Origin: Squalus acanthias | Taxonomy: Eukaryota | Length of the DNA stretch: 64,000 nt | Assembly: GCA_030390025.1 (NCBI GenBank) | Contig: CM059432.1 | Coordinates: 14,758,001 to 14,822,000 of the forward strand | Reading direction: 5' to 3' | Shown: positions 1-12,525 of the stretch, one piece after another | Numbering within the stretch: the first letter of the stretch is position 1 | How the letters are laid out: each line of letters starts with the position of its first letter | Notes under the pieces: model-generated | What the model was told of the DNA's origin: nothing | Database searches by the model: none | What the model saw: only the letters and a program-made list of their open reading frames with translations | Position numbers and translations under genes: made by a program

Positions 1-1990
1 TTTAGTATCATCTGCAAACTTCTTAATCATACCCCCTATATTCAAGTCAAGATCATTGATATATACAACAAAAAGCAAGGGACCTAGTACTGAGCTCTGC
101 AGAACCCCACTGGAAACAGCCTTCCAGTCACAAAAACACCCATCAACCATTACCCTCTGCTTCCTGTCTCCGAGCCATTTTTGAATCCAACTTGACACTT
201 TGCCCTGGATCCCTTGGGCTTTTAACTTCGTGACCAGTCTGCCATGTGGAACCTTATCAAAAGCCTTGCTAAAGTCCATATACACTACATCAAACGCACT
301 ACCCTCATCTACCCTCCTTGTTACCTCCTCAAAAAATTCAATCAAGTTTGTCAGACACGACCTTGCCTTAACAAATCCGTGCTGACTATCCTTGACTAAT
401 CCGTGTCTTTCTAAATGAAGATTTATCCTGTCCTTCAGAATTCTTTCCAATAATTTTCCCACCACCGAGGTTAGGCTGACTGGCCTGTAATTATTCGGTC
501 TATCCTTTTCTCCCTATTTAAACAAGGGTACCACATTAGCAGTCCTCCAGTCCTCCGGCACCACACCTGAAGCCAGAGAGGATTGAAAAATAATAGTCAG
601 GGCCTTTGCTATTTCCTCTTTTGCTTCGTTTAACAGCCTGGGATACATTTCATCCGGGCCTGGGGATTTATCCACTTTTAAAGCTGCTAAACCCTTTAAT
701 ACTTCCTCTCTCACTATGTTTATTTCATCTAATATTTCAGACTCCTCCCCCGATAGCAATGTCTGCTTCGCCCCTCTCCTTTGTGAAAACAGATGCAAAG
801 TATTCATTAAGAACCCTACCAACGTCTCCCGCCTCCACACACAGATTACCCCCATGATCTCTAATAGGCCCTACCCTTTCTTTAGTTATCCTCTTACTCT
901 TAATATATTTATAAAACATCTTTGAGTTTTCCTTGATTTTACTTGCCAAGAATTTTTCATGCTCTCTCTTTGCTTTCCTAATATCCTTTTTAATTGCACC
1001 CCTGCACTTTCTGTACTCGAAAGATTCTGCAGTATTTAGCCCTCGCTATCTGTCATACGCCTCCCTTTTTTTCATTATCCTACCCTGTATGTCTCTAGAC
1101 ATCCAGGGGGCTCTAGATTTGTTAGTCACTCCTTTTTTCTTTAAGGGCACATGTTTGGTCTGAACCCTCCGTATCTCCTCCTTGAATGCCTCCCACTGCT
1201 CTGACACTGATTTACCTTCAAGTAGCTGTTTCCAGTCCACTATGGCTAAATCCCCTCTGAGCTTAGCAAAATTTGCTTTTCTCCAATTTAGAATTTTTAT
1301 TCTTGGTCTATCCTTGTCCTTTTCCATAACTACCTTAAATCTAACAGAATTCTGGTCACTAACACCAAAATGCTCCCCCACTGATACGCCTTCTACCTGC
1401 CCAGCTTCATTCCCTAAAACTAAGTCCAGAACCACCCCCTCCCTTGTTGGGCTTGCTACATACTGGCTAAAAAGGTTCTCCTGGATGCATTTTAGGAATT
1501 CCGCACCTTCTATACCCTTCACACTAATTTTATCCCAGTTAATATTGGGGTAGTTGAAATCCCCTACTATTACTGCCCTATAGTTTTTGCACTTCTCAGA
1601 AATTTGTCAACATATTTGTTCTTCTATCTCCCTTTCACTGTTTGGGGGTCTGTAGTACACTCCCAGCAGTGTGATCGCTCCTTTTTTGTTTTTCAATTCG
1701 ACCCATATGGCCTCGTTTGATGATCCCTCCAACATATCATCCCTCCTCACAGCTGTAATAGTTTCTTTAATCAGTACCGCGACCCCCCCTCCCTTTTTAC
1801 CTCCCTCTCTATCCCGTCTGAAAATCCTGTAACTAGGAATGTTGAGCTGCCATACCTGCCCCTCTTTCAGCCACGTCTCTGTAATAGCTATAATATCATA
1901 GTCCCAAGTATCTACCTGTGCCCTCAGTTCATCTGCCTTGTTTGCTATACTCCTTGCATTGAAGTATATACCATTTAGTACAGGCAAACC
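1..1990 (-). mobile_element. CR1 LINE ORF2 (APE endonuclease plus RT), with disrupted reading frame; runs off the window start
   Basis: ORF fragments NARSIANK..ITETW..YRPP, DKSPGPD, PEDWRTANVVPLFK; split into several ORFs. Confidence 0.95.
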
Positions 1991-2004
1991 TCGTTGTTGA
2001 CTAC

Positions 2005-2826
2005 ATATAGGCCAGATCGGGTAAGGACAGCAGATTTCCTTCCCTGAAGGACATTAGTGAACTAGTTGGGTTTTTACAACAATCCAGTAGTTTCATGGTC
2101 ACCATTACTGATACTAGCTTTTTATTCCAGATTTATTTAATTAACTTAATTTAAATTCCCCAGCTGCCGTGGTGGGATTTGAACTCACGTCTCCAGATTA
2201 TTAGACCAGGCCTCTGGATTACTAGTCCAGTAACACAGAATCATAGAATGGTTACAGCACAGAAGGTGGCCATTCGGCCCATCGAGCCCGTGCCGGTTCT
2301 CTGCAAGAGCACTTCAGCTAGTCCCACGCTCCCCCCACCCCCCGCCCTTTCCCTGTAGCCCTGCAAATTTTATTCCTTCAGGTACTTATCCAATTTCCTT
2401 TTGAAAGCCGCAATTGAATCTGCTTCCACCACTCTTTCAGGCAGTGCATTCCAGATCCTAACCACTCGCTGCGTAAAAAAGTATTTCCTCATGTCGCCTT
2501 CGGTTCTTCTGCCAATCACCTTAAATCTGTGTCCTCTGGTTCCCGACCCTTCCGCCAATGGGAACAGTTTCTCTCTATCTACTCTGTCTAGATCCCTCAT
2601 GATTTTGAACACCTCTATCAAATCTCCTCTCAACCTTCTCTGCTCTAAGTAGAACAACTCCAGCTTCTCCAGTCTATCCACATAACTGAAGTCCCTCATC
2701 CCTGGAATCATTCTCATAAATCTTTTCTGCACCCTCTCTAAGGCCTTCACATCCTTCCTAAAGTGCGGTGCCCAGAATTGGACACAATACTGCAGTTGAG
2801 GCCAAACCAATGTGCTACCGTACCCC
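2005..2826 (-). mobile_element. tRNA-derived SINE whose head is split by a CR1 3' fragment (about 2236-2810)
   Basis: B-box-like gggatttgaac. SINE text actagtccagtaac resumes as gctaccgtaccc after the CR1 piece. The CR1 piece encodes YCVQFWAP..FFTQRVV and ends in an (attctatg)-type tail. Confidence 0.8.
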
Positions 2827-3483
2827 GTGTGCTGTATAATGAGCGGCTAATTCGATATCGCCCAATGTTAAAATTACCCCCGTTGTATCTAGCACGACTC
2901 TTACTTGATTCTCCAGCTCGATTGTAGCAGCCTTGCCACCCAAGCTAACTCAGCAAAGACAAGGATCAAACCATGGGGATATTCCTAACCTGAAGAGCTC
3001 AGTACCCCAGTAGGCAGTGCCATTTATCCACCGAGCGTCTCGTAATCTGAGCAGAATGAATTCAGATACCACTTTGAAAGCTTACTGAATTGCAGTCTGA
3101 AAACAATTGGTTGAAGTGCTCGCTTTACAATCACCAAAACCAATGCAAACAACATCTTAAATTCAATCTATAACATGCATCATCGAAGTCAAACATTTGT
3201 GACTGAGGTCTGTAGCAATGTGTTTGGTCCTGAGGGAACCTTTCATGAGCTGACAAGCTATTCAAGCATGAAATAGTTTTATTTCTCCTCTGGAATGTGT
3301 GATATTTCCGCATGAAGCATGCTATTTCAACGACTTTTGTTGCCAGTTTCTCTTTTGCTTGATGCACGACATAAAAAGAAATTACATTAAGACAGGAGTG
3401 GCCATCACACAGTGCAGTTGATTAGGATAAAAGGTAAAAATTACAAAAGCTGTAAATCTGCAGGAAAACAGAATATGTTCAGA

Positions 3484-4120
3484 GAATCATAGAATCATAG
3501 AATGGTTACAGCACAGTAGGAGGCCATTCGGCCCGTCGAGCCCATGCCGGCTCTCTGCAAGAGCACTTCAGCTGGTCCCAACCCCCGCCCTATCCCCGTT
3601 GCCCTGCAAATTTTTCCCCTCAGGTATTTATCCAATTCCCTTTTGAAAGCAATAATTGAGTCTCCCTCCACCACCCTTTCAGGCAGTGCATTCCAGATCC
3701 TAACCACTCGCTGCGTAAAAAAGATTTTCCTCATGTCGCCTTTGGTTCTTCTGCCAATCACCTAAAATCTGTGTCCTCTGGTTCTCGACCCTTCCGCCAA
3801 TGGGAACAGTTTCTCTCTATCTACTCTGTCTAGACTCCTCATGATTTTGAACACTTCAATCAAATCTCCTCTCAACCTTCTCTGCTCTAAGGAGAACTAC
3901 CCCAGCTTCTCCAGTCTATCCACGCAACTGAAGTCCCTCATCCCCGGAAACATTCTTGTAAATCTTTTCTGCACCCTCTCTAAAGCCTTCACATCCTTCC
4001 TAAAGGCCAGAATTGGACACAATACTCCAGTTGTGGCCAGACCAGTGTTTTATAAAGGTTCATTGTAACTTCCTTGCTTTTGTACTCTATTTGTAAAGCC
4101 CGGGATCGTGTATGCTTTTT
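3484..4120 (-). mobile_element. CR1 3' fragment
   Basis: RT C-terminus FFTQRVVRIWNALP; tail appears as (catagaat)n on the plus strand. Confidence 0.9.
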
Positions 4121-4129
4121 GTAAATATT

Positions 4130-4286
4130 GGGGGTAACTTTCGACCTCGTCCATCCCCTGCGGTAACCTGGAGGGACGATTGCCTGCCCTTTATAGAACC
4201 CGCAAATATAAAGTGGGATGTGCAAAGGGTGGGCGATCTCACTACCTGGCTATCACACCCAGGGACCGAAGTTGAAAATGACCTCT
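4130..4286. mobile_element. 157-bp PIF/Harbinger-type mini-MITE
   Basis: Left end gggggtaactttcgacctcg; reverse complement of right end agaggtcattttcaacttcg; ATT on both flanks (4127-4129, 4287-4289). Confidence 0.7.
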
Positions 4287-4409
4287 ATTGTATCTTCAAG
4301 AGAAAGGTCGGATAATATTTCCGGTTTGACCATTCATTGGAACCATTAACCAGCCTTTCCCTTTGAGGCTATAACTGACCGACCTGCTTTGCATTTGGTG
4401 CATTTAATG

Positions 4410-4620
4410 TTTGCATTTAAAAAAAAAGGAAAGATCTCAGGAAGTCCCGAAGCACTTTACCACCAATGAATTACTTTTGAAGTGCAGTCACTGTTGAAAC
4501 GTGGCAGCCAGTTTGCGCACAGCAAGCTCCCACAAACATGCAATGTGATAATGACCCGATAATCTGTTTTTTTTTAAAAAGATGTTGGTTGAGGGATAAA
4601 TATTGGCCAAGAAACCAAGC
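4410..4620 (-). mobile_element. Deu-domain SINE 3' fragment
   Basis: cagccagtttgcgcacagcaagctcccacaaac..aatgacccgataatctg is the reverse complement of the core of the copy at 7038-7500. Confidence 0.75.
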
Positions 4621-5695
4621 CCTGGGGAGCATGGCCTGTTTTGTGGGCGGGGCCTGATCCGGGCGAACTGACTCTTGACCCTGGGTCAAAGATTGCGGAA
4701 AAGACGAGCGTGAGTGGTTTTGCGCGTAACTCAATTACGTTTAAAATTCCCTGATCTTTTTGCGCTGGTTTGCCCGATACCGCCCGGATGGCGCTGATCT
4801 TACCAGCGGAAACTCGACCCACAAGATATTCCGCAACGCAAAAAAAAAAAGCCCGTTTTACAGGTATGGCAAAAAAAAAAGGAATGATTATTGCTTTGGT
4901 CCGTAGATGGAGTTACAGAACTGCAACTTGCCTTTGGTTGAGCGTGATCAAAGTTTCCACTTTATTCATAGCAAAAGGTGTTGTGATGGCTCCATATGAT
5001 GGCCTTTCAATAAACTGCATGATGAAGAGAAAAGCCCTCAGGCTACACCGAAGCTTACGACTGTGCTTTTCGCAAATTGAATATTTATTTCCACCCCCAC
5101 AGAGCCTGTGTAGCCAATGCTGATAATTATTTCTAATTACGTTGACTTAATACTAAACAAATCAGAACCGATTATATCAGACTCGGCTTTTATCTTCGGT
5201 CCCTCAATATTTGACTGTCAAGGTCTGAGTTGGAGCTTCTTGAAGATCTTATATTTTTTCAGAAATAACTCAGAGTCTCCATGCAGTGAACCATGGGAAT
5301 ATATTTTACCAGCTGAAACTGCAACAAAAAGCACCAACATTTGTTTCTGAACTGCACCATCCTTTTTGCACTATTTTGTAAGATTAGAATTGGATTCCCT
5401 GCCCCCTCGCCCACTGTGTTCCGCAGTATAAAGCAGACACTTCACAGTGAGTTATGACACGAAGAGTAACAGACTCATAAAACCAGAGCTTTTCAGATAC
5501 AAATAAATTGCAATAGTCTTTCTGTCAAGTGGAAGATCTAAAACACTCATTTAAATATATGCTGTCTGATCCAACCAGCCTGACTTACTTATAAATAATA
5601 TTCCTGGTTTACTTTTCATTTAGGATTTTATATACGATCCCCTCCACCCCCCACACAACCCAACCGCTTCACCTACTTCTCTGTAGATTGCCTTT

Positions 5696-5985
5696 CTCTA
5701 TCAACATCCTGCTCTGAACCTCCTTCTCCTATTCCTCCTCTATACCTCCTTCTCCTATTCCTCCTCTATCAACATCCTTTTCTGAACCTCCTTCTCCTAT
5801 TCCTCCTCTATACCTCCTTCTCCTATTCCTCCTCTATCAACATCCTTCTCTGAACCTCCTTCTCCTATTCCTCCTCTATACCTCCTTCTCCTATTCCTCC
5901 TCTATCAACATCCTTCTCTGAACCTCCTTCTCCTATTCCTCCTCTATCAACATCCTTTTCTGAACCTCCTTCTCCTATTCCTCCT
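5696..5985. repeat. Pyrimidine-rich higher-order minisatellite; 68-bp unit = 16-bp + 2 x 26-bp
   Basis: caacatcc recurs at 5702, 5770, 5838, 5906 and 5948; 26-mer acctccttctcctattcctcctctat. Confidence 0.95.
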
Positions 5986-6489
5986 AAACTATAACTCTGC
6001 AAAGCTGCAGTCTTCCTCCTCCCTATGTTGAAAGCAAGACTCGTGACATGTTTTTTGCAGGAGCTGAAAATTGTAACACTCTCCCTTAGTCTTTTTTCTC
6101 CCTTCTACTATCTTCTACTTAGCTGGAAATCGACAACATATAGTTGGCACAATTTGGCAGTCCCACGTAGAGAAGGCAAGAAGGATCGCTACTGTTGGGA
6201 ATTCACACTGGTGCAGTTACAAAGTGCTCTTCTGAGGTTGGGATTCAATTACAACTTTACTCTGCATGTGGCTATGTTATATCTGATATGCCCAAATGGA
6301 AAACTTCAACATTGGCATCCACCACTTTAGCTTCCTCCTCATCCTTTTGATAGCATTCCAAATAATGCAGGGAGTGGAACTCTCTATTATACAATTCATT
6401 GCACTGTAAGAAAGCTTTTGACAAAGCTCCAAATGTAATACTTCTAACTGAACTAAAAGCCCTGGAAATCCAGGGTAGAATTTGAGATC

Positions 6490-7650
6490 TCAGAGGGTTG
6501 AAGGGCTGGAGGAGGTTACAGAGATAGGGAGGGGCGAGGCCATAGAGGGTTTTGAATGCGAGGATGAGAATTTTTAAATTGAGGTGTTAGTGGACTGGGA
6601 GCCAATGGTCAGCGAGCAGAGGGGTGATGGGTGAACTGGACTTGGTGTGAGCTAGGATATGGGCAGCAGAGTTTTGTATAAGCTCAAGTTTATGAGTGTG
6701 GCCAGCTAGGACAGCATTGGAATAAGTTGATCCTGGATGTAATAAAAGCATGGATGAGGATTACAGCAGTAGATGGGCTGAGACAGGGGTGGAGACGGTC
6801 AATGTTACGGAGGTGGAAGTAGGCGGTCATTATGATGGAGAAGATATCAGGTTGCAAGCTCAGCTCTGGGTCAAACAGGACGCTGAGGCTGTGAACAGTC
6901 TGGTTCAGCCTGAGAATGTGCACAGGAAGGGGAATGGAAGCGGTGGTTAAAGAACAGAGTTTGTGACGGGGACTGAAGAAAATGGCTTCAGTCTTCCCAA
7001 TGTTTAATTGGAGGAAATTTCATCTCATCCAGGACTTTGTTAGCCGTGGCTCAGTTGGCAGCACTTTTGTCTCTAAGTCAAAAGGTTGTGGGTTCAAGTC
7101 CCATTCTGCAGACTTGAGCACAAAAATCTAGGCTGACACTCCAGTGCAGTGCTGAGGGAGTGCTGCACTGTCGGAGGTGCCGTCTTTCGGGTGAGATGTT
7201 AAACCGAGGTCCTGTCTGGTCTCTCAGGTGGATGTAAAAGATCTCATGGCACTATTTCGAAGAAGAGCAGGGGAGTTACCCCCGGTGTCCTGACCAATAG
7301 TGATCCCTCAATCAACATCACTAAAACAGATTATCTGGTCATTATCACATTGCTGTTTGTGGGACCTTGCTGTGTGAAAATTGGCTGCTGCGTTTCCTAC
7401 ATTGCAACAGTGACTGCACTGCAAAAAGTACTTCATAGGCTGCAAAGTGCTTTAGGACATCCTGGGGTCATGAAAAGTGCCATATAAATGCAAGTCTATC
7501 TTTTTCTTTCTTTTGGATGTCGGGCAACATGGAGGCAGTTGAGGGATTCAGAGGGGTGGTGGTGAGGTAGAGTTGGGTGTTGTCAGCGTACACGTAAAAC
7601 CTGACATCATGTCTTTGGATGAAGTCGCCGAGGGGCAGCATGTAGATAGG
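6490..7650 (-). mobile_element. L2 LINE fragment interrupted by a Deu-SINE
   Basis: Minus-strand RT remnants YADNTQLYL and YFHLRNI..LIHAFITSR. Confidence 0.85.
7038..7500 (+). mobile_element. Full-length Deu-domain SINE (SacSINE1/AmnSINE1-like) with L2-type tail
   Basis: tRNA-like head with A box (tggctcagttgg) and B box (ggttcaagtccc); Deu-type core; tail atataaatgcaagt resembles the L2 3' end. Confidence 0.85.
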
Positions 7651-7978
7651 GAATAATTTTGTAAAGATTTTTTTTCTAATTTCCTGACTCATGATGAGAT
7701 GCAGTTCCACAGGAATCTGCCTCTCGCCAGTACCTCATAGTGTAGCTTGAGTAACCACTGTCAGCAGGCGAGGCATACGGGATACTTTTCTCATACTTTT
7801 CTTTATTAGCCGAGAATTTAAGAGATAATATAATAGAATATAAGAGCAGGGAGGTTATGCTTGAACTGTATAAAACACTAGTTAGGCCTCAGCTAGAGTA
7901 CTGTGTACAGTTCTGGTCACCACATTACAGGAAGGATATGATCACACTAGAGAGGGTACAGAGGAGATTTACGAGGAT

Positions 7979-8080
7979 CAATAGCAAACGAAGGGTTCGA
8001 CCCGAAACGTTGACTCTGTTTCTCTCTCCTCGATGCTGCCTGACCTGCTGAGTGTTTGCAGCACTTTCTGTTGTTATTTC
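7979..8080 (+). mobile_element. 102-bp Penelope-like element remnant with 14-bp TSD
   Basis: agatttacgaggat duplicated at 7965-7978 and 8081-8094. The insert is homologous to the right arm of the 49805-50008 insert. Confidence 0.75.
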
Positions 8081-8509
8081 AGATTTACGAGGATGTTGGC
8101 AGGACTGGGGAATTTTAGCTATGAGGAAAGATTGGATAGGCTGGGGTTGTTTTCTTTGGAACAGAGGAGGCTGAGGGGAGACTTAATTGAGGTGTATAAA
8201 ATTATGAAGGGCCTCGATAGAGTGGATAGGAAGGACCTGTTTCCCTTAGTAGAGAGATCAATAACCAGGGGGCATAGATTTAAAGTAATTGGTAGAAGGA
8301 TTAGAGGGGAGTTAAGGAGAATTTTTTTCACCTAGAGGGTGGTCGGAGTTCTGGAACTCACCGCCTGAAGGGTGGTAGAGGCAGAAACCCTCATTGCATT
8401 TAAAAAGTACTTGGATATGCACTTGGAGTGCGGTAACCTACAGGGCTACAGACCAAGAGCTGGAAAGTGGGATTAGGCTGGATAGCTCTTTTTCGGCTGG
8501 TGCGGACAC

Positions 8510-8863
8510 AACAACAACAACTTGCATTTATATAGCGCCTTTAACGTAGTAAAACGTCCCAAGGCGCTGCACAGGAGTATTTTAAGACAAAAAAATTTGA
8601 CACCTATCCACATAAGGATAAATTAGGGCAGGTGACCAAAAGCTTGGTCAAAGAGGTAGGTTTTAAGAGGGTCTTAAAGGAGGAAAGAGAGGTAGCGAGA
8701 TGGAGAGGTTTAGGCAGGGAATTCCAGAGCTTAGGGCCTAGGCAACAGAAGGCGCGGCCACCAAAGGTTGAGCGATTATAATCAGGGATGCTCAAGAGGG
8801 CAGAATTAGAGGAGCGCAGATATCTCGGGGGTTGTGGGGTTGAAGGAGATCACAGAGATTACA
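8510..8863 (-). mobile_element. L2 3' end inserted in a CR1 3' UTR
   Basis: (caa)n tail, GGRAF..GPKLWNSLP, TSD ggacac at 8504-8509 and 8864-8869. Confidence 0.88.
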
Positions 8864-9699
8864 GGACACGATGGGCTGAATGGCCTCCCTCTGTGCCGTA
8901 AATTTCTATGATTCTATGCAATTGTGGGATCAATGCAGCCCGATCCTGTGCTCGCCCAACAGAGATTACTGGGTAACATTCTGAAGTAAAATCATGGCTG
9001 AATTTCTTTCCCTCTTTAACCCAGGGTATCTGAAGCCAACTCCAGCTGCCACACAACTACTTGCGCTGCGCTACCTAACTCAGCATTGACTGGGGATTGA
9101 ACCCGAGGGTCCTAAATTTACAAGTGCACCAGGAAGAGCCATATAGCAAGATAATTCTGAATCTCTAACACCTCGTCAATCCTGGAAGCTCTACTTACTC
9201 CATGGATTCGCAGTTACATGCATTCTCGGCTGCGCCGTGCGCTGTGGACTGTTCAGTAATAATTAAATGTACTTAAAGCTCCCCCTCCCCCCACGGCAGT
9301 TAATTATCACGCTTCGGGGCCGTGAGTTTATCAGCAACACTCACAGAATAAAAACATAAAGCCACTGAAGCAATGACTGTTTCTGTTTTCATTCCTTTCT
9401 GTGAAGTCAGATGTTTACAAGAATAAAGCTGCCAAATTTCAGAGTTAATTACTGTCTGTGAGAGATTCAGATTGAAATAGTAGCAAAACATGCTTCATTG
9501 AAATGCTTACTAGATACCAATGTGCATTTCAAATCCCAGGTTATTACTCAAAACTGAGTGTTTCAGCAGGATTGCTTCTATCAAATCTCTTGTTTTTTCG
9601 TTTCAAATATAACATTTAATTGTTTTCAGAAATAAAAAAACATGCCCCTTGCAAACAAAGAGACACAGAGAATGATTCTGAATGTAGATTAAATGACAT

Positions 9700-10120
9700 G
9701 AAAAGAAAGAACATTATATAAGACCTCATCATGTCTCTCTGATATGGCCCAAAACTCTTCACATACACTAAATTATTTTTAAGTCCAGTGACTGCTTTTG
9801 TGTGCAGCCATTGTGCAACGGGATGAATGAACAGTTCATCTGTTTCTGGTGGTGTCAGTTGAGGGGTTAATGTTGTCCAGGACACAGAAAGCTCACTGCT
9901 CTTCTTCAAATAATGCCATGAGATCTTTAACGTCCACCTGAACCACTGGAGCAGGCAGACAGGATTTAACATCTCATCTGAAACACAGCACCTCCCAACA
10001 CTGCAACGGAACCTCAGTGCTGTACTGAATTGTCATCTTAAATCATGTATTTAAGTCCTGGAGGGGGCATAACCCACAATCGCCTGATTCAGGCAAGGAT
10101 GACACTAACTGAGTCAAGCT
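9700..10120 (-). mobile_element. Degraded Deu-SINE
   Basis: atgccatgagatctttaacgtccacctga core; diverged. Confidence 0.6.
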
Positions 10121-10236
10121 CGTACTTGAGTGGGTTATGTGGGTGTAGAATGAATTATTGTGTTACATTCATTGCCAGGCTTTTGTGGTGCTCTGTATCA
10201 TATCAGTATATCAGTCTATATTTTCCTCTATTAAAT

Positions 10237-11007
10237 GGGCCAAAAATTCGGCACTTGCCGGGTGAGTACGCGCTGTGTACTCACCCGTAAGGCGTCCTGA
10301 AGTGCCAGTTTCCTGCATGCACTGCACTGCGCATGTGCGGGAAACCGGAACTTCCGGTCTGGTGAAGGGAACGGTTCATAGGTGAACCGCGTGCGCGGTA
10401 GAGGCTGCGCGCACGCAGCAAACTTCGTTTTTTTTTCAGGTTTCTACGGGAGGGTAAGTATTGAAGAACCTGCGCTTTTAAAAAGGAGGCGCAGGACCCG
10501 TTTTCAACAGGGTAAGTGGTTAATTAATTATAATTTAAAATTTTTTTCAACAGGTTTATCTTTTTTAGATACTTTAAAGAAAGGTAAGTTTATTTTTAGC
10601 ACTGTTAAAAAGCATTTTAATTTTTTCAAAAATTTAAATTTTTGTTTAAAGTAGTTAATTTATTTAACTTATAGTTATTTTATAAATGTGATGGTTTTTT
10701 AAAAATTTATTTTAAGTTTAGCTGTTCTTTTGGGGTCGATTTCAATTCATAGATTTGACAGGTCTTCCTGTCAAATCTATGAATGAAAGATGGTCTGTTG
10801 CCATTGGCTCTCCATGGCCCACGTGATCCCAGGGGACGCATCGCACTAACTACGCCCCTGGGACACGCAAGCACTGCGCGCCGGCACTTGGAGCAGGCCC
10901 AGGAGCTGAAGTTCCCGTGGGCCCAGAGGTCAAAGGCAGGCGCGGTAGGTAAGTGCGCGCGCGATCCTTACCCCCGCGGCAAGGCCGGAGAGGCGAATTT
11001 CAGGGCC
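10237..11007. mobile_element. PIF/Harbinger-type MITE
   Basis: Termini gggccaaaaattcg and cgaatttcagggcc; GC-rich arms around an AT-rich centre; flanks AAT/ATT (imperfect TSD). Confidence 0.7.
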
Positions 11008-12109
11008 ATTATCTCCTCTCCAGCATGCACTGCTTCATGCTGAAATATAGTTCCAAGGACACAGACCAAGGATGGAACCTCAGACTTTAACCGTGTGTCA
11101 GACTTTAACCGTGTGACTGGCTCCAAAAACTCACTTCATAAATTAAAAGGAATAATATTAAACAGTAGGGAGAATGAGCATAAGAATGAGATTAAACTAG
11201 ATGGCTTGTGGAGATAAAGACTGGTGCAGACTTAATGGACTGAGTGGTTGTAACTTTGCATGATTTATGCATCAGAGAAGCCTTCCAAACTTGATCTTAA
11301 CTGGGCTGCCCTGTCTTTAATCAGCCGTTTAATTCTTTCTCAGATTTTGATTTCACATCAAACGCTGTTTTAGTAATATTACTAACTCACAGGATGTAAA
11401 TATCTTTCCTAAGTTTTAACTGCGACCTGTTATAGCTCTAAACTGTTTTGATATCTATAGAGTGCATCCAAAAGAAAAAAAAAAGCATTGCTTCGATTTA
11501 CAGAGTGAAATTTTGGTCCTTTGGTTGAATCTTTATCTGGATTAATGCCAAGGACATTTGTGATCTGTTGGTGTCCCATTAATTTTTAAAGTCCCCATTA
11601 AACCAGTCAAATTTACCGTTATGATTTCCACCATCTCCTCTTTGCGTTAGCTGTTAAGTGCAATGAGTCACCTCGACATGAATCAGAGATTGCTGCTATT
11701 TGTTTTCCGAATCACAAAAGAACTTTCCCAAGAATAATATAGAACAGACGCTATAGGGTTTGTCAATTTACAACTAACCTTTCTCAAGCATGTCGCAAAG
11801 CTTCTGCTGGTACTTCTGTTGCCAACCTTGGTAAAAGGCCAATGGCCATAGTTCAAAGATATCACCAAGGTCGAAAAGAGTGAACAAAAAGATTAGGGCA
11901 ACCATGAAGCAGAGGAATGGGATTAGGATTTTGAAGGAAAGGGTTCAAGAGACACATGTCATATAACCAGCCAGACTGACACACAACTTGCTGCTGGTGG
12001 AGAGAAGGCACTGGTGCAGAACATACAGAATTACATTTTTATATTTTAACCCTTTCACTGGGCAGTTCTGGACAAGGAGATGCTTCAAGAATGGCATAAT
12101 GATTTGGTA

Positions 12110-12525
12110 ACAAAAGAAACCTTACATTTCTATAGTTCTTGTCACATCCTCAACATGTCTCAAACTGCTTCACATCCAATTAATTACTTTTTGTACACAG
12201 CAAGATCTCACAAACAGTAAATCAGATGAATAACCAATTTATCTTTTTTTTTTGGTCGTGTGGGTTGAGGGATGAATGTTGGGCCAGGAAGCTGAGCGAG
12301 CTCCCTGCTCTTTTTCATATCGTGCCCGGGGATCTTTTAACATTCACCTGAACAAGCAGACTCAGTTTTAACATTTCATTCAAAAGACGGCACCTCTGAC
12401 AGTGCAGCACTCCCTCAATACAATGCCAGCCTAGATTATAAGGTCATGTTCTAGGATGGGGCTTAAATCCAATGGTGGGTGGGGGGGGCGGGGGGGGTGC
12501 TATGTCAACTGAGCCAAGGTAACAC
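12110..12525 (-). mobile_element. Degraded Deu-SINE
   Basis: aaagacggcacctctgacagtgcagcactccctca core; aactgagccaagg head. Confidence 0.7.

Larger units (their letters stand above)
7800..8916 (+). mobile_element. CR1 3' fragment hosting a Penelope-like mini-insert and an L2 3' end
   Basis: LYKTLVRPQLEYCVQFWSP..RRLRGDLIEVYK; ends in tttctatgattctatg. Confidence 0.9.

Noticed and set aside
7038..7115. tRNA gene-like A and B boxes (also at about 13695, 14850, 42045 and 52350)
   Set aside because: SINE heads continuous with repeat bodies; no full cloverleaf.
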